This document shows, piece by piece, positions 58,754 through 64,000 of a DNA stretch of 64,000 bases. The position numbers and the translations under genes are program-made. The notes below the pieces were generated by a model. The model had not been told where the DNA came from and ran no database searches. It worked only from the letters and a program-made list of their open reading frames with translations. This stretch comes from an uncultured Bacteroidota bacterium (GTDB lineage: Bacteria > Bacteroidota > Bacteroidia > Bacteroidales > GCA-2748055): the NCBI GenBank assembly GCA_963735755.1, contig CAVTME010000005.1, forward strand, positions 49,585-113,584, in the 5' to 3' direction. Position 1 is the first letter of the stretch, and each line of letters opens with the position of its first letter.

Positions 58754-59751
58754 TGCACTTGGGTTTTATTAAACTTTAGTTTTGCAATACGAATTCCATC
58801 CAGTCCGGGATTCAGAGCAGCGATGAAATATTGATTGTTGTAGTAAATGATCTCAGGTGCTGCGACAGGCAGCTGTCCTGTTTCGTACGCATCATTGTCA
58901 ACCCCGAAATTGAGGGGATCGGGGGAACAGTACTGGGTATTTATTTGCTCTCCGATGTACCTCTGATTCCTGAACAGTACATATTTATTGTCCAGCTGAA
59001 CCACAAAAGGACACTCGGAATCACCTCCATACCAATAGTCCAGGTCTGCCACTCTGCCACCTGCTGAGACCATGTGTTCCTCGCCCCAGTTGAGAAGGTC
59101 GTCGGAGGTCCGGCAAAAGATGGCTGCTTTTAACCCGGACGTATCATTGTCCGGTTTATGTGCCACATAGTAGCAGTAATACTGATCATGGCTATGCAGG
59201 ATCATGGCATCGCGGGTATTGATCCAGCGATCGGATGCATTTCTGAACAGAATGGGCTTGTTATCCTGATTTTTATAGCGCTCAAATTTTTTCCCATCCC
59301 TGCTTGTTGCCAGGCAAATCTGGTCCCATCCTCCATAGAACATATGGTAAACGCCATCCTTTTTAATCACATGGGGAGCCTGTAGCCCTCCTGAAACCTC
59401 ACCCAGGCTGGTGTCTGCCATCATCTTGATGCCCATTGGAGTCCACATGGTATCGGTCAGGTTCTCCGCTTCCCATCCATGGAACAGCCTGGTATTTTTA
59501 CCGCAGCTGGTAAACCTGATGCAGGACCAGATCTGCCAGGTGCCATCCGCTGCCTGCCAGATGCCGAAATCAACAGGCTGCTGCCTGTCTGTGGTATATT
59601 CTCCCAGATCAGGGTTGCCGGCAACCTGCCACCATTCCCCAATAATCTCTGGTACATACACAGGATTGTTTTTATTTTTTACCCCCGATTGACAAGCCGA
59701 GAGGCAAAGCAAAGCTGCAAACAGGAAGGTTCCTTTTAAAACTGTTTTCAT
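58750..59751 (-). CDS. Five-bladed beta-propeller glycoside-hydrolase-like lipoprotein (GH43/GH32 clan-like)
   Basis: Start at MKTVLKGTFLFAALLCLSAC. LQAPHVIKKDGVYHMFYGGW and DSECPFVV strands are typical of that fold. Family not resolved by eye. Confidence 0.45.
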   Translation of the reverse strand: MKTVLKGTFLFAALLCLSACQSGVKNKNNPVYVPEIIGEWWQVAGNPDLGEYTTDRQQPVDFGIWQAADGTWQIWSCIRFTSCGKNTRLFHGWEAENLTDTMWTPMGIKMMADTSLGEVSGGLQAPHVIKKDGVYHMFYGGWDQICLATSRDGKKFERYKNQDNKPILFRNASDRWINTRDAMILHSHDQYYCYYVAHKPDNDTSGLKAAIFCRTSDDLLNWGEEHMVSAGGRVADLDYWYGGDSECPFVVQLDNKYVLFRNQRYIGEQINTQYCSPDPLNFGVDNDAYETGQLPVAAPEIIYYNNQYFIAALNPGLDGIRIAKLKFNKTQVQ

Positions 59752-59922
59752 CCGCTGGAAGTTTAAAACAAGCATTTCATTCTGCTTCAGAAAAGTAAAT
59801 ACCTGTTAAATGTACATGAATTCTATTATTTAACGAGTAGGAGTGCATTTACTCAGAAATACTTCAGAATTGATGCGTACCCTTGCTCCCTTGTACAGAT
59901 ATAAACTTAATAAATTCTTGTG

Positions 59923-60897
59923 ATGAAAAAGCTATTATACCTCCTGCTGGCAGGGTTTATTTTTGCTTCCTGTGAAGATACAATTGAGCCTGATCCACCC
60001 GTTGGTTCTGCTGATTCCATTAGTATGGGAGCCGGGTACGTCGATGAAGTGTATTACAGTTTAGAGAATGGGATTGTCAAAAGCTCTCCACGCGCAGCTT
60101 GGGATATTGCCTTTTCTACGAACCAAATGAGTTCAACGGTACTGATCAATGAGGGATATGGAGTGGAACTGTATGCCTATCCACATGGAGATTTGGATGC
60201 CTGGGATGCTCTTGATACCTCAGGGATGGCCAGCTGGCCCGCCTTGTACAATTCGGATACTACATGGATGAATGGCGCCTTTGACAGGAATGCAACAGGT
60301 CATCCTGATTATGGCTGGGGCGTATATAACTCACAAAATCATGATGTGTTGGGCGACTCTCTATTCATTATTAAACTGAGTGATGGAACACTTCAAAAAA
60401 TACTGATTGAGAAAAGGTCGGCCATGAGCAATTCTTACAGCATAAAATATGGTGCAATTGATGCCGCCGGTGAAGTAGTAGAAATTCCCTGTGGTCCGTC
60501 CGCCGGTAAGAATTTTATTTATTTCTCCCTGCTTTCAGGGGAAGTTGTGGATAATGAACCCGAATCGGAGTCCTGGGACCTGGTGTTTACCAAATACCAT
60601 GATGAGTCCATTCCCTATATCGTAACCGGGGTTTTGTCAAATATCAATGTTGAAACAGCTGAGCTAAGAAACACGGACCCCGGCTTGGCTGATCCTTCAA
60701 TGGCGGATTTTTCCGAACACACCTCAATCATCGGCTCTGATTGGAAAACATTCGATATGGGCAGTTTCACTTATATGGTGGAAGAGGATCTCTGTTATTT
60801 TGTAAAAAGAGATGAAAGCACGTATAAAATTGTATTTACAGGTACCGACGGCAGTACATCCGGTAAGATCGTTTTCAATATCGAGAAACAGGATTAG
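59923..60897 (+). CDS. HmuY-like lipoprotein
   Basis: MKKLLYLLLAGFIFASC lipobox. WDIAFSTN and WDLVFTKY repeats as in HmuY-family proteins. Immediately upstream of a TonB-dependent receptor. Confidence 0.55.
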   Translation: MKKLLYLLLAGFIFASCEDTIEPDPPVGSADSISMGAGYVDEVYYSLENGIVKSSPRAAWDIAFSTNQMSSTVLINEGYGVELYAYPHGDLDAWDALDTSGMASWPALYNSDTTWMNGAFDRNATGHPDYGWGVYNSQNHDVLGDSLFIIKLSDGTLQKILIEKRSAMSNSYSIKYGAIDAAGEVVEIPCGPSAGKNFIYFSLLSGEVVDNEPESESWDLVFTKYHDESIPYIVTGVLSNINVETAELRNTDPGLADPSMADFSEHTSIIGSDWKTFDMGSFTYMVEEDLCYFVKRDESTYKIVFTGTDGSTSGKIVFNIEKQD

Positions 60898-60898
60898 C

Positions 60899-63145
60899 TT
60901 GAGGAGGTTTCTCTTTGGCCTCTTTATGGCTGGGTTCTTGGCGAGCGTGAATGTGTTCTCCCAGTCTGAAATTGTAATCGTTGACAGGGAGACAGGGAGC
61001 ACGCTTCCCAATGCCCATGTTTGTATTGAAAGTTTGGACAAAGAGCGTAGCTCCTATATACTTTCGGATGAAAACGGAACGCTGGTTAATGGTATTGAGA
61101 AACGATCATTGATCTCTGTTTCTTTCATCGGATACCAGACCCTGATTGACACCATTGATCCTGGAACGTCCATCACCTTGAAGCTTTTGCCCTCCATGTA
61201 TGATATGGAGGAGGTGGTGGTAACTGCCCAGTTTTCTCCCAAAAGGGTAGACCAATCCATCTATAAAGTAAAGGTTATTGGCAACAGCATGGTGGAGAAA
61301 AAGGGGGCAAACAACCTGTCTGATTTAATCTCAAATGAGTTGAATTATAGCCCGGTAAGGGATGCAGCACTGGGTTCCTCAGTAAGAATTCAGGGACTTG
61401 GAGGAGAACATGTCAAGATCCTGGTAGACGGAGTACCCATGGTGGGAAGGCAGAACGGGATACTGGACCTGTCCCAGATCTCTGTCTCTTCCATTGATCA
61501 TATTGAGATCGTGGAAGGCCCCATGTCGGTGATTTATGGAAGCAATGCCATGGCCGGTGTGATCAACATCATCACCAAGGAAAACCACCGGGAAAGTCTG
61601 ACGGCCAGGGCTGAGGGCTACTATGAAACAGTAGGGGTTTATGATCTGGATGGAAATTTCTCTCTAAACCAGGGCAAAAATAGCCTTGGATTGTCTGCCG
61701 GGAGGTATTTTTTTGATGGATATTCAGAAGTGGATACCTCCAGGTCAAAAGAGTGGAACCCTAAACTCCAATACAATGTAGACGGATACTATGCGATGAA
61801 TCTCCGCACCTGGAAAGCTAAACTTTCCTCGAGCTATTTCAGCGAGGAACTAAGAGACAATGGAAATCTGAATCCGGATTTAAATTATGAAGGCGCATTT
61901 GATTATTATCATTTTACAAACAGGTGGGCCAACACACTGGATCTGAACAAGCAGTTTGGAGAGAAACAGAATCTCAAGCTGACAGCTGCGTATTCCTGGT
62001 ACCGAAAATCAAAAATATCCTATCTGAATGACCTTGTAAACCTGGAGAAGGTTATTATTCCCACAGAATCGGCCAATGATACCACCACTTTTTACAATTA
62101 TTTTAGCAGGGGGACTTACAGCAACGAGGAAGCAGATAAGATCAGCTTCCAGGGAGGATATGAATTGAACTATGAAAGGGCAGTCAGTCGCAGGCTGGAA
62201 GGTACGGAGAGCATCGGGGATATTTCCGGATTCCTGAGCTTGAATATGACCCCCTTTGACAAGCTTAATTTCCAACCCGGATTGAGGTATATCTACAACC
62301 TTAAATACAAGGCCCCCCTGGTCTATTCCTTCAATATGAAATGGGATCCATTCCAGTTTTTAGGATTGAGGGGATCCTATGCGAAAGGATTCAGGGCACC
62401 CTCCATTAAAGAACTTTACCTGGATTTCCAGGACATCAATCATAACATCCTGGGGAACCCTGATCTGGAAGCAGAAACCGGTCATAATTTCAATTTCTGG
62501 ATGGATCTATCCCTGGGTCAAAAAAGCCATAAATTTCTGTTGTCCAGCAATATATATTATAACAAAATCCTGAATAAGATCGAACTGTTGTACGATCAGA
62601 ATGATCCCACTGCAGCGGTCTATTTTAATGTGCCGGCTGGCGCCATGATATCCAGGGGCTTCTCATCAGATCTTACCTATAAGCTTCATCCCAGGCTCAT
62701 CCTGAATGCCGGTGTATTTCATAATGAATTATCAAATATTATCAATGCCAGTGAGTTCACGCGCAACACCGATTATGCCTCCAACCTCAAGTACAAGAAT
62801 GTAAAATACAGGTTTGAGCTATCTGTATTTTACAAATATACTGACAGGTACAGCAGGTATGTAGGTTCCATGGACATGGAAACAGGGGAGATTTATGATG
62901 TTTCATTAAACTATATGGATGCCTATCACAATATGGATGTTACCTTCAGTATTCCTGTATTTCTCGATGCTGTGAGAATCACCACTGGAGTGAAGAACAT
63001 TTTTGATAATACATCCATCACTTCCTCGGGTGGAGGTGCGGTTCATTCAGGGGGGGCAGGCGGCAATACATTGTTGAATTGGGGCCGAACCTGCTTCCTG
63101 AAAGCCAGTTACCAGTTTAATACATTTAAAAAACGGGGAGTATGA
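60899..63145 (+). CDS. TonB-dependent receptor with N-terminal carboxypeptidase-regulatory-like domain
   Basis: The ORF frame 60812.. overlaps the HmuY gene, so start is likely TTG 60899 or ATG 60926 (MAGFLASVNVFSQ). Plug motifs VRIQGLGGEHVKILVDGVPM, IEIVEGPMSVIYGSNAMAGVINIITK. A long beta-barrel follows. Confidence 0.85.
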   Translation: MRRFLFGLFMAGFLASVNVFSQSEIVIVDRETGSTLPNAHVCIESLDKERSSYILSDENGTLVNGIEKRSLISVSFIGYQTLIDTIDPGTSITLKLLPSMYDMEEVVVTAQFSPKRVDQSIYKVKVIGNSMVEKKGANNLSDLISNELNYSPVRDAALGSSVRIQGLGGEHVKILVDGVPMVGRQNGILDLSQISVSSIDHIEIVEGPMSVIYGSNAMAGVINIITKENHRESLTARAEGYYETVGVYDLDGNFSLNQGKNSLGLSAGRYFFDGYSEVDTSRSKEWNPKLQYNVDGYYAMNLRTWKAKLSSSYFSEELRDNGNLNPDLNYEGAFDYYHFTNRWANTLDLNKQFGEKQNLKLTAAYSWYRKSKISYLNDLVNLEKVIIPTESANDTTTFYNYFSRGTYSNEEADKISFQGGYELNYERAVSRRLEGTESIGDISGFLSLNMTPFDKLNFQPGLRYIYNLKYKAPLVYSFNMKWDPFQFLGLRGSYAKGFRAPSIKELYLDFQDINHNILGNPDLEAETGHNFNFWMDLSLGQKSHKFLLSSNIYYNKILNKIELLYDQNDPTAAVYFNVPAGAMISRGFSSDLTYKLHPRLILNAGVFHNELSNIINASEFTRNTDYASNLKYKNVKYRFELSVFYKYTDRYSRYVGSMDMETGEIYDVSLNYMDAYHNMDVTFSIPVFLDAVRITTGVKNIFDNTSITSSGGGAVHSGGAGGNTLLNWGRTCFLKASYQFNTFKKRGV

Positions 63146-64000
63146 AATTGAAGTCTTTCGGGATACTTTTGTTTTTGGCTGGATTCCTGGTCTCTTGTTT
63201 CGAGGAGGACGAAGCGGTGCCACCCTATGTTCCGCCCGATCATGTGGAGTCTGTATTTATTCAAAACTCCATATACACCCATCAAATCTACTTTGACTTC
63301 TCTTCGGGCAGTATTGTTGCAGAGAACAATAACAGCGAATGGGTTTTGGGATTTGAATGCCTTGATACAGGGTTTCGCATCAGAACCAACTCTTCTGATT
63401 TGTGGGGGATCGCCCATACCGGTTCCACCCATATGAGCCTGGATTTCAGTGATACGGGAGTTTATACCTGGATTTCGGACAAAGCAGACGGGAATCCTGA
63501 TTCCACTGCTGTGGGGGCTTGGGTCAGTGCCACGGGTGGGGCAGCTGAATATACCCGTGAAGTGATGCTCCTTGGACAATATGACGGGATATCCTATCAG
63601 GCAGTAAAGAAGGTACAATTTATCCATGTGGATGAGCTATCCTATACCTTCCTGGTGAGCGACCTGGAGGAAAGCTTGCCCGACACGGTGGAAGTGCTTA
63701 AGAATAAAGCATATAACCATGTTTATTACTCCAAAGAAAACGATGAACTGAAGTGCCTGGAGCCACCTAAGGACCAATGGGACATTCTCTTTACCCAGTA
63801 TTTCACTGTACTTTATACAGATGATGGGATTCCTGCCCCTTATTATGTAAGGGGAGTATGGATCAATCCCAACAGCACTGGATCTGCCCTCGATACCAGC
63901 AATCATTTTTTTGATGTAAATGTTTCAACCGCCCTTGCATATGATTTTTCTTCAAAGCAGGATGCCATCGGGCACGACTGGAAGTCGGTGGAGGTGAATG
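63142..64000 (+). CDS. Second HmuY-like lipoprotein; 3' end runs off the window
   Basis: ATG 63142 overlaps the receptor stop (ATGA). Own translation: MKLKSFGILLFLAGFLVSCFEEDEAVPPYVPPDHVESVFIQNSIYTHQIYFDFSSG...EWVLGFEC...DQWDILFTQY.... Not in the ORF track because no stop occurs before 64000. Confidence 0.6.
   Translation, partial: MKLKSFGILLFLAGFLVSCFEEDEAVPPYVPPDHVESVFIQNSIYTHQIYFDFSSGSIVAENNNSEWVLGFECLDTGFRIRTNSSDLWGIAHTGSTHMSLDFSDTGVYTWISDKADGNPDSTAVGAWVSATGGAAEYTREVMLLGQYDGISYQAVKKVQFIHVDELSYTFLVSDLEESLPDTVEVLKNKAYNHVYYSKENDELKCLEPPKDQWDILFTQYFTVLYTDDGIPAPYYVRGVWINPNSTGSALDTSNHFFDVNVSTALAYDFSSKQDAIGHDWKSVEVN

Noticed and set aside
59776-59922. Cobalamin or other riboswitch upstream of the HmuY/TonB receptor genes
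   Set aside because: I could not find a B12 box (GCCACTG-like) or conserved riboswitch stems by eye. The region is AT-rich leader only. An Rfam scan would be needed to be certain.

Overview
This 64-kb window looks like chromosomal DNA from a Bacteroidota-type genome. The evidence is three T9SS C-terminal sorting domains, a 286-aa Bacteroidota-style RpoD, many SpII lipoprotein signals, and TAnnTTTG-like -7 boxes.

Layout:
- 1-4.4 kb: sugar-acid genes (UxaE-like epimerase, LacI regulator, UxuB-type SDR, LarA-like protein).
- 4.4-11.6 kb: housekeeping genes pdxB, gnd, a flavodoxin, dapF, htrA, rpoD.
- 11.7-14.4 kb: an IS256-family element abutting a 5'-truncated FG-GAP/T9SS protein.
- 14.5-19.8 kb: uvrB, a secreted EEP-family protein, a class III cyclase-HD fusion, NIPSNAP.
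- 19.9-27.6 kb: uncharacterised envelope genes (polytopic membrane protein, CXXCH beta-propeller lipoprotein, two secreted hypotheticals, divergent BamA-like OMP).
- 27.7-53.4 kb: a glycan-degradation island with no SusC/SusD pair. It holds GH10, DUF1080, GH33, FAD oxidoreductase, GH2, an esterase fusion, GH97, two PQQ-like propellers, a SASA esterase, a fasciclin protein, an SDR, GH88/105, ManD, AKR and MBL. Four of these products carry twin-arginine signals.
- 53.5-59.8 kb: a minus-strand block (GH-like propeller, S9 peptidase, CotH/LTD/T9SS protein, serine hydrolase).
- 59.9-64.0 kb: HmuY-like / TonB-dependent receptor / HmuY-like.

Major caveat: my manual reconstruction finds roughly 50-55 single-base frame changes, and they are strongly clustered. 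They are dense at 4.4-10.6, 25.0-27.6 and 49.8-52.3 kb and absent at 52.3-64 kb. Many ORF-track entries are therefore fragments of one gene. I annotate whole genes and mark disrupted ones as pseudogene (or assembly indel).

The ORF track omits two genes that run off the window edges (1-1087 minus, 63142-64000 plus). I found no CRISPR array, tRNA or rRNA. All family calls come from reading the translations and from remembered motifs; no searches were run.

No single standout novel system was found. The best candidates are the Tat-targeted ManD/AKR block and the membrane-protein/CXXCH-propeller pair (both interest 0.6).
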